Below, piece after piece: positions 40,499-51,388 of a stretch of 64,000 bases of DNA. The translations under genes were made by a program, and so were the position numbers. The stretch lies in IMG/VR virus record IMGVR_UViG_3300025129_000005. One strand, given 5' to 3'. Source of the stretch: a virus (Duplodnaviria > Caudoviricetes). Position 1 is the stretch's first letter. Each line of letters opens with the position of its first letter. The notes below the pieces were generated by a model, which had not been told where the DNA came from, did not search any database, and saw only the letters and a list, made by a program, of their open reading frames with translations.

Positions 40499-41059
40499 AT
40501 GGCAGTTGTGGTATATGATGACAATCAATACAGAAGATTGGTTGATCATGAGAACAGGATTCTTAGTCGATACATAGACCTTTTTGGTGAAGATCCGTTT
40601 GAAAAGGTCATACATGACGATGAGGGTATGGATGACAATGCTCTTTCTCGCCTTGGTCTTAATGTTACACCAACACCCGAATCACAATGGTATGGTGATA
40701 GTGTTGTTGGTACTGTCGGTACATCAAGAGAGAGTAATGTTGGTGTGTTGGGGGTGGAAGGTGATGCCATCATAACTGATATTACCAGTGTCAACAATAT
40801 AATGACCGATACTATAACCACCATTGGCATGGCAAACCTAACTCACACAACAAATACAGGTATATTTGATAATTTTAGTAATGCCTGTATAAATAATCTT
40901 AACGTCCAGAACTCGTTGAACTTCAACGGTCAAGATTTGATTGAACGTATTGATAGGATGGAGAGGCAATTAAATCAACAGGATGACGAGATTCTTAGAC
41001 TAAACGAAAAAGTAAGGAGATTAGAGGAAAACAATGGGCAAGACGGAGCACAGAGATAA
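40499..41059 (+). CDS. Hypothetical protein with C-terminal coiled coil
   Basis: ORF track. Confidence 0.55.
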   Translation: MAVVVYDDNQYRRLVDHENRILSRYIDLFGEDPFEKVIHDDEGMDDNALSRLGLNVTPTPESQWYGDSVVGTVGTSRESNVGVLGVEGDAIITDITSVNNIMTDTITTIGMANLTHTTNTGIFDNFSNACINNLNVQNSLNFNGQDLIERIDRMERQLNQQDDEILRLNEKVRRLEENNGQDGAQR

Positions 41060-41194
41060 CTTTAAATTCGGCAAAGAGCCAAAGAAAAAGGAAAAGTACA
41101 AAATCAAGGATTATTACAAAGGCAAATCATCGAAAGACTTGGTGAATGAATCTGAAGAGTTAGAAGACGATTATAAGCATTAAAAAGGATTATA

Positions 41195-41764
41195 ATGAAA
41201 TATGAAGATTTTAAACTATTACACGAAACTAAGCCTACATTCTCAAAAAACAACGTTTCTGGTGGAATAATTTTCGTTTTATTCACGATTTGTATATTCA
41301 TGTCAGCATTTCTGCACCAAGAAAGGCACACAACAGATTACGTCAATAAAATAAAAAAAAGTTTGCAAGTAGAAAGAGAACATCATCGTTACTACAAAGC
41401 CCTCGCAGAAGAAAGAAGGCGTGTTATCATTAAATATAATGCCGAAAGAACACAAACAGTAGATGTATCGTTCTATACAAGATCTGTCGCTGAGACGGAT
41501 TCAACCCCAAATCAAACAGCAATTATAACCTTCGCCAGACCTGATTTCACTGTAGCGGTCAGTCACGATTTAAAGTGGATGTTAGGTCATTACATATATA
41601 TTTACAAAAAAGGAGTCTTCTATGTGGAAGACTTGATGAATGAAAGATACAAAAAAAGAGTTGACATTTTAGTCGATAAAGTTAAAGATATACCTTCTGA
41701 GGGGGTTTTAAAGAACATGGAAGTTATGGTATTAGGGAAAGAGTTAGATCTATATTACGAGTAA
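41195..41764 (+). CDS. Membrane-anchored 3D-domain (MltA-like) protein
   Basis: TM helix; 'SFYT...TVAVSHDL...YVEDLM...VDI'. Confidence 0.6.
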   Translation: MKYEDFKLLHETKPTFSKNNVSGGIIFVLFTICIFMSAFLHQERHTTDYVNKIKKSLQVEREHHRYYKALAEERRRVIIKYNAERTQTVDVSFYTRSVAETDSTPNQTAIITFARPDFTVAVSHDLKWMLGHYIYIYKKGVFYVEDLMNERYKKRVDILVDKVKDIPSEGVLKNMEVMVLGKELDLYYE

Positions 41765-41778
41765 GAAAGGTCTATGGA

Positions 41779-42681
41779 ATGAAAAACAAAGTAGATGTAT
41801 TGGTGCTGGGGCATGTTGACCCAGACGGGTATTGCGCCGCTGGTATAGTGAGTTATTTTGAAACGGGCACCAAAGAGTGGTATGGAATGAATTATGGATA
41901 TAAGATTCCATGGAACAAAATCAAACGTTCAAGAAAGATCTACATGGTAGATTTTTCGCTTCCTCCACAGGAAATGGCAAAAATCCGTGATATGGTTGGA
42001 TATGATAATTTTATTTGGATTGACCACCACAAAACTGTTATCGAAGATGTTGATAAGTCAGGACAAAAAATCAAAGGATTACGAAGAATTGGTAACTCTG
42101 GATGTGAATTAACATGGGAATGGTTTTCTGATCAACACATGCCAAAAGCTGTTCGGATGATCGGAAGATATGATGTATGGGATATAGAGTATACCAACAT
42201 CAAAGAAGGTATTGTTAAACAAGATCTATTTCCTTTTGTGACTGGCATCAAATTTCATGATCCTGATGGTGATAGTAATCAATTTTGGTTTAAATTGTTC
42301 GAATCCGAGGAATATTGTGATAAAATTATAGAAGAAGGTAGAATATGCTACGAATATCAACAAAAAATGTATGCTAAGTATTGTAAATCACACTCATTCG
42401 ATATGGAGTGGGAAGGTCTGCGTTTTCTCGTTGTCAACGCATTGAACTGTAATAGTCAAATGTTTGATTCAAAATTCAATCATGATGACTATGACGCGGT
42501 TATGGCATATGGATATACTAACAAGAACTGGTCAGTTAGTATGTACACCGATAAACCGGGGATTGATGTTGGTACCTTGGCACATAAGTATGGTGGGGGT
42601 GGACATACCGGGGCTTGTGGAATGAGTTTTATCCGAGATTTGCCTTTTCAACATCTATTACAATGGAAAGACAGAGAATAA
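41779..42681 (+). CDS. DHH/DHHA1 phosphoesterase
   Basis: 'HVDPDG', 'IDHH', 'GGGGHTGACG'. Confidence 0.88.
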   Translation: MKNKVDVLVLGHVDPDGYCAAGIVSYFETGTKEWYGMNYGYKIPWNKIKRSRKIYMVDFSLPPQEMAKIRDMVGYDNFIWIDHHKTVIEDVDKSGQKIKGLRRIGNSGCELTWEWFSDQHMPKAVRMIGRYDVWDIEYTNIKEGIVKQDLFPFVTGIKFHDPDGDSNQFWFKLFESEEYCDKIIEEGRICYEYQQKMYAKYCKSHSFDMEWEGLRFLVVNALNCNSQMFDSKFNHDDYDAVMAYGYTNKNWSVSMYTDKPGIDVGTLAHKYGGGGHTGACGMSFIRDLPFQHLLQWKDRE

Positions 42682-42684
42682 AAG

Positions 42685-42717
42685 AAAAAGGGAGTCTTTA
42701 ATAGAGACTCCCTTTTT
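42685..42717. terminator. Bidirectional terminator
   Basis: AAAAAGGGAGTC/GACTCCCTTTTT. Confidence 0.8.
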
Positions 42718-42719
42718 AG

Positions 42720-44345
42720 TTAATCCCAATAATTTAACCTATAATCAGGTGACTTTTTCTTCTGAGTCTGGACATACCATGCATATGATGAGGTATCTGC
42801 ACCAGCACTAACCTTGACGTAAGGAAAATATATATCATACGAGTCTTTAAGTTTACCAGATAAATCTAACAAAGGAGATATCGTTGACCATGATCCTAAA
42901 ATTAAAAATGAATTAGCCTCATTATATTCTATAACAAAATCATTCAAATACCATGAATTATCAAACAGTATTACATATAATCCCATACCAGACGTATATA
43001 ATGGCGTCTGATCGGAAAGCGTTACCAGCGTATCCAAACCACTCTGAGTAAATATCCCATTATACCTTTTAGCTACACTGAAATCCAACACACCGGGGTT
43101 TTGAGGTGCGAATACAGGAAGACCCGTAGATATATTATATTTTGTTATAGAAGTGATAGTATCCATTGTTGATTCGTAAAATTTGATATCTCCGTAAGAA
43201 TTAATCCATGAATACCATACACCTACGTTAGTACTGCCACTTACAACAAAAGAATCGGGTTCGACCCCTTGATTCGGGATAGTATCATCATAAGGACCAT
43301 TTCTATCACTACATCCTATAATTCTACATCCTTTAGATGCTTCAAACCATACTGCGTCAAGTATCTTACAATTTATAAAAGTTGACCATCTATCAAAAAA
43401 GAATCCATTTTTTGAGATACAATTAATAAATGTTGATCCTGATGATGGAGATACATCACCACCGAAATAACTATCTAAGACGACAGACCTGCCGCCAAGG
43501 TCAAGACCTCAACCACTAGACGTTCGAACGTTCCTGACATAACATCCTGTGGACAATGCTCCGTTTGCTATAGTTAAACCATTATTGCCATCGTTATATT
43601 TAAGTAATCCGTTAACATTTTCAATAATCCATTTGATACCAGCTTTATCATGCCAAGGTCTGCTGCTATTGTCAAAGATATCATCCAGACCATTTGATGA
43701 TATAAGTGTGGGTGGATTATCCCATACACCAATAGAAAGATTTTTCATTTCTATCAAAATTTCTCTATTAATAGCGAAAGGTATTATCCCTTCATATGAT
43801 TCATATGAATTATATTCTTTCAATACCAGTGTTGTATCACTAATAATATCTGTAATGGTGAACAGAGTATTCGTGTTATTTGGCTCAAAAAAGTCCCCTA
43901 TGACCGGAGCTTTAGTGTATGTTGTTTCTAATGAAGACCATACAAAGTTATTAGCCACGACAATATTTGTACCATATTCAAACGTAATTGAATATGTTTG
44001 TGATTCTGGTGACAAAACCGGGGGATCTTGTGTATAGTCATAAGATGAATTATAGTTATCAGGGTAATGGACATCAAATCTATAAAAATTTGTTCCTTCT
44101 GTAACATGAATTCTAGTGTTATCCTCACCCTTACCATAAAAACGTATTGGTGTCACTGAAACCGATAAATCAACATCTATATCATTATAGATTTGATGAT
44201 CTCCTTCGGATAATAACATATTCCTCTGACCAGCATTCCAAGAGTCTTCTATTGTAAGGAAGTCTCCGGCTCCAGTCGGATCTATAATAGACCATGTGAG
44301 ACTATCAACAGATCTTTTTGGAAAAAATTTATTCAATTGTGTCAT
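42720..44345 (-). CDS. Probable virion/beta-helix protein; one reading frame interrupted by a single in-frame TGA at 43509-43511
   Basis: After TGA the frame stays open 114 codons ('STFINCIS...STFINCKI...GCRIIGCS') and joins ATG 43166. Confidence 0.6.
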
Positions 44346-44387
44346 TCATCTCTCCTATAATTTTCTTCGAAATGGTTGGTAGTAATA

Positions 44388-45914
44388 TTAGTTTTCTTCT
44401 CTGTCCTCTTTCTCTACCTTCTTCTTTTTTTTATTCTTGATATAATCAGGTCTATTGGTAACCATATAAACTCTAGCAGGATTAACCACTGATCCAGATC
44501 TTATCATAAAATCTTTATTGATTAGAACAGGTGTTGTTTTATGACTACGATCATTTAAATTAAACGGTACTTTTGAATAATTAACACCTTCAAATGTGAC
44601 ATTTAATTCTACAACTACCCTCTTCTCATCCAATTTTTCTTCCGAATCAGAATTATTTTTCATTCTAATTTCGTTTAATTTCGTCCCTGACATCTTTTTA
44701 CCCATAGTAGACCATGTTACCTTAGACCCTTCGACATTAACGTCTTGTGCGTCAAGTGAGGAGCTACCAGCGGCATTTCCGGTGTCAAACCGAGCATGTA
44801 ATTGACCGATACCCTCGATCTCTATGGATTCAATCACACCAATCTGCTGTGGTGGTCTATTCCAATTTATGGTATTCTTTGCATATTGCATCACCATATC
44901 AACAATATCTAATTTGGTCAGTTCCTCTATACCATCTGTACCGGGGGAAGAGTTAACCTCAAGAATATATGGGTTTCCTTCAACATCAAACATGATATCC
45001 ACGCCGCACCATTTACACTGAACTGATTTTGCAGCTTTAACTGCCAATTCTCGTATTTCCTTGGTTGGTCTATATTTACCAGTCTTTCCGCCTAGATGAA
45101 CGTTTGAACGGAAATCGTTATCAACGACCTTTCGCTTCATTGCCGCAATAACCTTGTCACCCAAAACATGAAGTCGAACATCATGGTCAGACTTAACGTA
45201 TCTCTGCAACATCATCTCAACTTCATCACCAACAGCCCATATAGCTTGAAGTGTGGACTTTAATGCTTTGTACTCATTGACAATGAATACACCTTTCCCC
45301 TGAGTACCACTTAATGTCTTAACAACAACAGGAAATCCACCGCCAACTTTTTTGTGTGCCAACTCAAGCATTTCCTCTGTAGGAACTAGCGCAGTATCAG
45401 GAACAGGAAGACCAGCTTCAACTAGCTTTAATGTTGTTAAATACTTGTCTTCACATGTTTGAATAGAAGACTTTTCGTTCAAGAAACAAAAACGATATCT
45501 CTCAAGACGTGACATAAGGTTTTGTGAATATCGATGAAACATAACACCGCGTCTGGCAATGACAAAAGTTTTATCACGATCAATCTCATGACCTTCTTTA
45601 TCACCAACGTTATAGATCTTGATAGTTCCTTCGTCGCCTTTCTCAAGATAAGCAGTGTCAGCGAATGCTGTGTAAAAAGGAACATCATTTTTGCTACACC
45701 ATTTCTCTATTTTGATGATAGTTGGGTTCTTTTTTGACATCTTTCTATTCTTGGAATCGGTAGATGATGTTAGTATAAGGATATTAAACCCTTCAACCTC
45801 ATCAATATCAACCATTTCCTCTTCGGGATCAGAGTCAATACCATCTGCTTCATGGATAACAGAATTTAACTTTAACTTTTCAAATTCTTCTTTAAGTGAC
45901 ATTTGATACCCCAT
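44388..45914 (-). CDS. RimK-family ATP-grasp ligase fused to a retropepsin-like protease domain
   Basis: 'VVKTLSGTQGKGV', 'DNDFRSNVHLGG', 'CGVD', 'LEVNSSPG'; C-terminal 'ARFDTG...LNDRS..LI'. Confidence 0.85.
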   Translation of the reverse strand: MGYQMSLKEEFEKLKLNSVIHEADGIDSDPEEEMVDIDEVEGFNILILTSSTDSKNRKMSKKNPTIIKIEKWCSKNDVPFYTAFADTAYLEKGDEGTIKIYNVGDKEGHEIDRDKTFVIARRGVMFHRYSQNLMSRLERYRFCFLNEKSSIQTCEDKYLTTLKLVEAGLPVPDTALVPTEEMLELAHKKVGGGFPVVVKTLSGTQGKGVFIVNEYKALKSTLQAIWAVGDEVEMMLQRYVKSDHDVRLHVLGDKVIAAMKRKVVDNDFRSNVHLGGKTGKYRPTKEIRELAVKAAKSVQCKWCGVDIMFDVEGNPYILEVNSSPGTDGIEELTKLDIVDMVMQYAKNTINWNRPPQQIGVIESIEIEGIGQLHARFDTGNAAGSSSLDAQDVNVEGSKVTWSTMGKKMSGTKLNEIRMKNNSDSEEKLDEKRVVVELNVTFEGVNYSKVPFNLNDRSHKTTPVLINKDFMIRSGSVVNPARVYMVTNRPDYIKNKKKKKVEKEDREEN

Positions 45915-46144
45915 TATGAGTTACTATTTCTAATATCTTTGTCTACCTCAGCGCCCAATTTACGTAAATCGCTGATAATTCTATGAACTTTCTTTCTGAT
46001 ATTAAAATTAATTATTTCCATTTCCGATATAGTTTCTAATTGAAACTGGATATCCTCAAACATCTTATCAACATCGTTTGCGATATCTTTAGGAGTGTTA
46101 CGACCATTTAATATTTCTTTAAGATATTCTCTTATATTACTCAT
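45914..46144 (-). CDS. Small protein with leader-like N-terminus
   Basis: MSNIREYLKE. Confidence 0.55.
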   Translation of the reverse strand: MSNIREYLKEILNGRNTPKDIANDVDKMFEDIQFQLETISEMEIINFNIRKKVHRIISDLRKLGAEVDKDIRNSNS

Positions 46145-46194
46145 TCATTAGACCCTACCTATTAATTATATTTTTCTGTTACATTTATCAGGTC

Positions 46195-47622
46195 TTACTG
46201 TAGCTTTTTATCCTTCATCTCTTTAGCCACTTCATACATAATAGGTTTGAGTAATTCATCTGGATATCCCTTACCCCAAAAATTCAACCCCTGTACATTG
46301 GTGATATCTTTATGACCGCCTGATTGTGTTGTAATAATATCCCATAGATTTACGGTAATTTTATCTAACATGCTCTTCTGCTTGAATGACAACGAATCAA
46401 ACTTTGACTTTGATATGCTTTTGATGAATGAAGTCCAACCACCCTCACTGTCAAGTTCGACACCGTTGACTTGTTTTTGATCAAACATGGCAACAAAGTC
46501 TTCCCATTTGAAACCCATTGCATCCAAATCACCCTTAATATCACTCTCCATGATACGCTTGATATCACCAAGGCTAACCTTTTTTTTCTGCATCTTTGAT
46601 TTAAATTTGGACATAATATTATTCATAACCAAATCACCTAAATGATAAGGGTTTTTCCCTGATTTAAATGGATTTTTGGAAACCTGAACGAGACCCATAG
46701 CCCACCCAATACAAAGATAATCAGCATCAGGATAAAGTTTGAATGGTGTATATCTATCATATACATTACTACCACCCATAAAGCCACCACCGTATTGAAC
46801 AATTGTGTTTCCCCATAAAGTTGATTGCCCCATTTTCAGCTTAGAGGGGTTTGTCTCTGATTTAACCATGCCACCCTTCTGCTGTGATACATAATTTTCG
46901 GTACCCTTTTTAATGACATTTGATGGTCTGAATCCATCTTTTTTTGCTAAATCAACGATAACATTGTACATACTAATAAGAGAAGGTTTTGATTTCATAA
47001 CAACGTCTTGTAGAAAGTTCTTTTTTCCTTTATTGGCCAGAAGCAATTTATTAACAACCATACCCATAGCAAAGTGATTTTTTTCAACATCTATTGTATC
47101 ATCATATCCAAACGCTCCATTCATAACTTGATCTGGATTAATACCGTGTTTCGCATAATCAGCACTATCAACCATTTTGATGACTTCAAGGTCTTTAGTT
47201 GGAAATATTTCACTAGGAGATATTTTTGCTGAAATTGCTGCTACGTTAGCAGGATCATGAGCAAAATCAGTTGAAGTGGTTGTATTAACACCCGTCTGAC
47301 CATCATGGTGATCTGTATGAATATCAAGAAAAGGTTTGCCATGGGCAAAATCAACCATCCATGTTAACGTTCCCTTTTGTGGCTTTGCGGCTTTAAACTC
47401 GTTCCCTCCATAATTAATGGGTATGACTTTTGTTGTTTTAATACCATATCGCTCAAGATAGGATTTCATACCAAGGGCTGAGGTTACACCATCTAAGTCC
47501 ATATGAAAATAACCAGTTGCAGTCTTATATTTCTTGGCCAAATCTTTGATATTACGAAGACCTGACTCGTTTACCTTACTATGTACCGCTTCTGCTTGCT
47601 CTAAATGTTCAAATATATTCAT
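46195..47622 (-). CDS. DHH-like phosphoesterase
   Basis: 'HMDLDG', 'VDF', 'TDHH', 'SGGH'. Confidence 0.65.
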   Translation of the reverse strand: MNIFEHLEQAEAVHSKVNESGLRNIKDLAKKYKTATGYFHMDLDGVTSALGMKSYLERYGIKTTKVIPINYGGNEFKAAKPQKGTLTWMVDFAHGKPFLDIHTDHHDGQTGVNTTTSTDFAHDPANVAAISAKISPSEIFPTKDLEVIKMVDSADYAKHGINPDQVMNGAFGYDDTIDVEKNHFAMGMVVNKLLLANKGKKNFLQDVVMKSKPSLISMYNVIVDLAKKDGFRPSNVIKKGTENYVSQQKGGMVKSETNPSKLKMGQSTLWGNTIVQYGGGFMGGSNVYDRYTPFKLYPDADYLCIGWAMGLVQVSKNPFKSGKNPYHLGDLVMNNIMSKFKSKMQKKKVSLGDIKRIMESDIKGDLDAMGFKWEDFVAMFDQKQVNGVELDSEGGWTSFIKSISKSKFDSLSFKQKSMLDKITVNLWDIITTQSGGHKDITNVQGLNFWGKGYPDELLKPIMYEVAKEMKDKKLQ

Positions 47623-47701
47623 ACTAACTCCTAGTTATAATTTATATTAGTATTTATCTTATATTACTACATATATACTTTGACCGATATTAAAACTCTA
47701 T

Positions 47702-48361
47702 TCACAATAACTTGGTCAATTCATCCTCAAAAAACGGGTCTATCAGGTAGTATTCTTTGCATCTCCACATAGATTCAAAAGTCCTCTGACTTAACCACGT
47801 TTTCATACCACTATCTCTGAAACCTTCAACCCTTTTCTTCCATTTTTCAAGTTTCTTACGATCATAGTCATCATCCCCATTAGTACCAGCAATATCATTA
47901 ATAAGTTCACCATTTTTATCAAAGTTTATGACACGATGTGGTGTGTTTATAAATAAATCATCAACGTCAGGGTTATATATGTATTTGTATTGACCTATTG
48001 GCATGAATATCAATCCGTAACCATAAGTATAAGTCTCGCTATAATTATGTGTTGCAAATACACCAGTATTACGAGGCATCCAACCAAATTTCTTTTTAAA
48101 TATTTTATTCAAATAATCCTGTATGTCCTGTCTCATGTTCATAGGTTTTCTATTCATACGAGGTTTTTTCTTGAATATGGCAAATTTATCTTTATCATTC
48201 TTACCCAGAGACCTAACGCCACGATAGAAATACCAATCAGTACCAAATTCACGAAGATATGGTGCGCATTTTCTTTTAAGTTCATCAGCAATCTCTTCGA
48301 CAGAATTAAATTCAACCCTTTCAGCCGAGGATTCTTCGGTTATATATCGAACTAATCTCAT
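47702..48361 (-). CDS. ADP-ribosyltransferase-like paralog 1 with leader
   Basis: MRLVRYITE; 'FYRG', 'GVFAT', 'YGYG..FMPIG', 'ESMWRC'. Confidence 0.55.
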   Translation of the reverse strand: MRLVRYITEESSAERVEFNSVEEIADELKRKCAPYLREFGTDWYFYRGVRSLGKNDKDKFAIFKKKPRMNRKPMNMRQDIQDYLNKIFKKKFGWMPRNTGVFATHNYSETYTYGYGLIFMPIGQYKYIYNPDVDDLFINTPHRVINFDKNGELINDIAGTNGDDDYDRKKLEKWKKRVEGFRDSGMKTWLSQRTFESMWRCKEYYLIDPFFEDELTKLL

Positions 48362-49008
48362 TAATACCTCTCAATGCCCAGATATTTTGATAATTCATCT
48401 ATGATAACCATGTCAACATAATAGTAACCATTAGGGCAATTAAATATAACCTCTCGTGCTTGTTTATCACGCCAAGCTTTTTTTAGATTACCGCCGAAAT
48501 AACCATCAACCAAAAAATCAACATCCTTCTGTTCCAAAAAATACAAAGGATCTTTATAACGTAATCTAAGTTCAGATTCTATTTGGCTTTGTGCTATAAA
48601 AAAATCATAATGATCTTCTGAATACACAAACTTATACCCATTCACAGGAAACATTAAATATAAGTTTTTTCCGTACCCCCTAGACATACCGGGTCTTGTT
48701 GCGGTAAACACTCCCTCACTTCTGACTTTCCAACCAAATTTTTTCATGAATGATTTGTCTGCCATATCGTGGACACGTTTTCTTGTATCAACAGGTCTTC
48801 GATTCAGCCTTGGTTTTTGTTTAGAGATAAAAACGCCCCTTTCCAATTGTCGGTTAGTCCCTCTATAAAGAAACCCCCCAGTCTCTCTTATAAACAGAGA
48901 ACAATCCTTTTGTAATATTGTTAAAACATTATCAAGATCTGGATCCTCTCCACGTATTCTGGTACCTTGCTCCGTGATAAGGTCTGTTATGTACTGTTCA
49001 AATTTCAC
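48361..49008 (-). CDS. ADP-ribosyltransferase-like paralog 2 with leader
   Basis: MKFEQYITD; 'LYRG', 'RSEGVFT', 'YG..YLMFP', 'REVIF'. Confidence 0.55.
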   Translation of the reverse strand: MKFEQYITDLITEQGTRIRGEDPDLDNVLTILQKDCSLFIRETGGFLYRGTNRQLERGVFISKQKPRLNRRPVDTRKRVHDMADKSFMKKFGWKVRSEGVFTATRPGMSRGYGKNLYLMFPVNGYKFVYSEDHYDFFIAQSQIESELRLRYKDPLYFLEQKDVDFLVDGYFGGNLKKAWRDKQAREVIFNCPNGYYYVDMVIIDELSKYLGIERY

Positions 49009-49038
49009 TAAAAATACCCTCTACAATTCAACTTAATT

Positions 49039-49782
49039 TTATTGGGATGCGGCGATTTTCTCTCGTATTTTTCTGACCGCAGGTAATTCCGATTTTGCTG
49101 TATGTTTAATTCCAGTATAAAATATGGCTAACATAAGGTTGTATATTGTTCTACCCAACCATGGAACAGAAATAATAGATCCCGTGGCAAACAAACCAAT
49201 CAACATCAGCCCGTCAGGAGATCCAAAAATGTCCTCAAGACTATAAGCACCCTTCAATGCTAATGCTATATTTGTGAAATCGAAATCATAATCCAAATTA
49301 CCTATAAATGTCATCTGAGTCCACATAAAAAATAACAGCCCTGCAACAACCGATCCAGTAACTTTCTTAAGTAGAGGATACTTTTCGGCAAACTCATCAA
49401 ACTTAATCGTCCCCTGTCGTATCTTCTGATATATTTTGGTTTTGTATAATTCACTGAATATCTCAAACAATCCTTGTCTAATAAACATCGTCAGAGTATT
49501 GACAGACTTAAAAATAACTTTTAATGAAAACCCAAATGATTTAAGCAACTTGAACATATTCTTTTCACTAAAAGCATTGATTATCTCTACGGCACTTAGA
49601 CCAAAATCAAATATCATCTGATCGAGAATTTCGCCCGCCTCTTTAAACTTCCTGACAATAAACCCGACCGCCTTGTCCTTTAAATCAACAAGACCCTCGT
49701 CTACACCAAAGTAATAGTTTATTCCTTGGATGTATTGTTCATATGTAACATCAGATTCATTTATATACTGCTCAAATCTCAT
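49039..49782 (-). CDS. Membrane protein with leader
   Basis: MRFEQYINE; hydrophobic C-terminal helices. Confidence 0.6.
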   Translation of the reverse strand: MRFEQYINESDVTYEQYIQGINYYFGVDEGLVDLKDKAVGFIVRKFKEAGEILDQMIFDFGLSAVEIINAFSEKNMFKLLKSFGFSLKVIFKSVNTLTMFIRQGLFEIFSELYKTKIYQKIRQGTIKFDEFAEKYPLLKKVTGSVVAGLLFFMWTQMTFIGNLDYDFDFTNIALALKGAYSLEDIFGSPDGLMLIGLFATGSIISVPWLGRTIYNLMLAIFYTGIKHTAKSELPAVRKIREKIAASQ

Positions 49783-50518
49783 ATAAATATTCTCCCTGTG
49801 AAGAACTAACCATCACCGTCTTTGTTGACCACCACACTTCCTTGTTAAACGGTAATACATCACCAACCTTTCGCAAAACAAACCCATTCTTTGCCGGATC
49901 AAGGTAATCAGTACACGCCTGTAACATGTTACCATTGTAAAACTCCTTAAAAAAACGGGACACTGGCTTATTTTTATGCGGCGAGCTTAATACCTCATCC
50001 ATTTTTTCAAATTGTTTAAGTAAAGTTCCCCATTTATCAGAAGGTGATTCCTTTATATACGTTTCGAATGCAAACTTAAGATCTTCATTGAAAGTATCAA
50101 GCGAAGGACTAAAGGAATCCCATAAATCATCCTCTGGACATACACCAATATCAGTACCATCAATGGGTAGCATTATATAAGTTTTTCCTATGTGACGATC
50201 GACCCTGCTGGGGCTTGAAGCACCAATTACTGACTTACTTCTCTTTGGATATTTGTTCCATAACGACATATTATCCATCATAACAGTATAATAATTATAG
50301 GTATATCGAGAATCTCTTTTGAATCTTGATGGTTCAACAACACCATAGTCATTTGTGTAATTTTCGGAACTTCTATATAAACCACGACCCTCTGTATACA
50401 TTCTCAGTGAATTACTGCATCTCTTTTTAATGAATTCAAACGCATCTTCACGACTGATCGGCTTGGTTCGACCACTAGTTCGTTTAGAATCCTCTATTAA
50501 AAAATTTTCTAATCTCAT
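49772..50518 (-). CDS. ADP-ribosyltransferase-like paralog 3 with leader
   Basis: MRLENFLIE; 'LYRS', 'RSKSVIG', 'YIMLP', 'KEVWW'. Confidence 0.5.
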   Translation of the reverse strand: MRLENFLIEDSKRTSGRTKPISREDAFEFIKKRCSNSLRMYTEGRGLYRSSENYTNDYGVVEPSRFKRDSRYTYNYYTVMMDNMSLWNKYPKRSKSVIGASSPSRVDRHIGKTYIMLPIDGTDIGVCPEDDLWDSFSPSLDTFNEDLKFAFETYIKESPSDKWGTLLKQFEKMDEVLSSPHKNKPVSRFFKEFYNGNMLQACTDYLDPAKNGFVLRKVGDVLPFNKEVWWSTKTVMVSSSQGEYLYEI

Positions 50519-50533
50519 AGTAGCTCCTAAATA

Positions 50534-51370
50534 TCAATCAATCTGCGGTAAATTGTGACGATGCAAGAAAAAACAAGCCTCTCCTTGTTCATACAACAAT
50601 CTCCCTATATCATCAAAGGTAATATAACACTCACCATTCATCCCCCATGACTTACCCCATGAATTATGTATAGTGAATCTTTGTTTGGATACATTAACAG
50701 AATTAACTAAAACACAATGACCACCAGCTATTTCACCTTTTGCATAGATATATCCATTAGAATCAGGATAGAACATTCCGGTATACCAATTAATCCCAAT
50801 TACTGCTGGACCGTTATATCCAACACCCAATATCAAGTCCTCCAATCCGAATGCCCAACGATACTCCTCTATCCACCCGAGTTTCTTCGCAACCTTGGCT
50901 CCAGCCAAAACACTCGTCCCTTCATAAAACGGGAATCCTCCGGGATATGACCCACCATTCCATTCATCGATTTTCTGTGCTTCCCAATATATTTTTTCTT
51001 TGGCATATCGTTCCGTGATACCTCTGACTTCTGCTGGTCTGGCGATCAATTCATGGGCAATACCAAAACCAACACAGGCTCCATCAGGTCCCTGATCCAG
51101 TTGAGCATCGCATCTCCATGTATAGGAACGTCTCTTCTTGGTACTGACTGTCGACCTTATACCATATCCACGACTACGTTCATCGAACTGGACTATACGA
51201 TCAAGTCTAGCGTCACTCGTAATAACATGACCCTTCAATAATATACTTCCGTCAACTCGCATCTCATTTACAATTGAATTGAGTTTTTCGTCTTCAAGCT
51301 TCTTGATGTGTTTCATTTCTTTAACTTTTTCCAGATAATCATTATGTCTTGATTGTACAGTGCTACCCAT
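50534..51370 (-). CDS. Papain-like (C1) cysteine peptidase
   Basis: 'DQGPDGACVGF', 'GGHCV', 'NSWGKSWG'. Confidence 0.88.
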   Translation of the reverse strand: MGSTVQSRHNDYLEKVKEMKHIKKLEDEKLNSIVNEMRVDGSILLKGHVITSDARLDRIVQFDERSRGYGIRSTVSTKKRRSYTWRCDAQLDQGPDGACVGFGIAHELIARPAEVRGITERYAKEKIYWEAQKIDEWNGGSYPGGFPFYEGTSVLAGAKVAKKLGWIEEYRWAFGLEDLILGVGYNGPAVIGINWYTGMFYPDSNGYIYAKGEIAGGHCVLVNSVNVSKQRFTIHNSWGKSWGMNGECYITFDDIGRLLYEQGEACFFLHRHNLPQID

Positions 51371-51388
51371 ATCAAATCTCCTTTGTTT

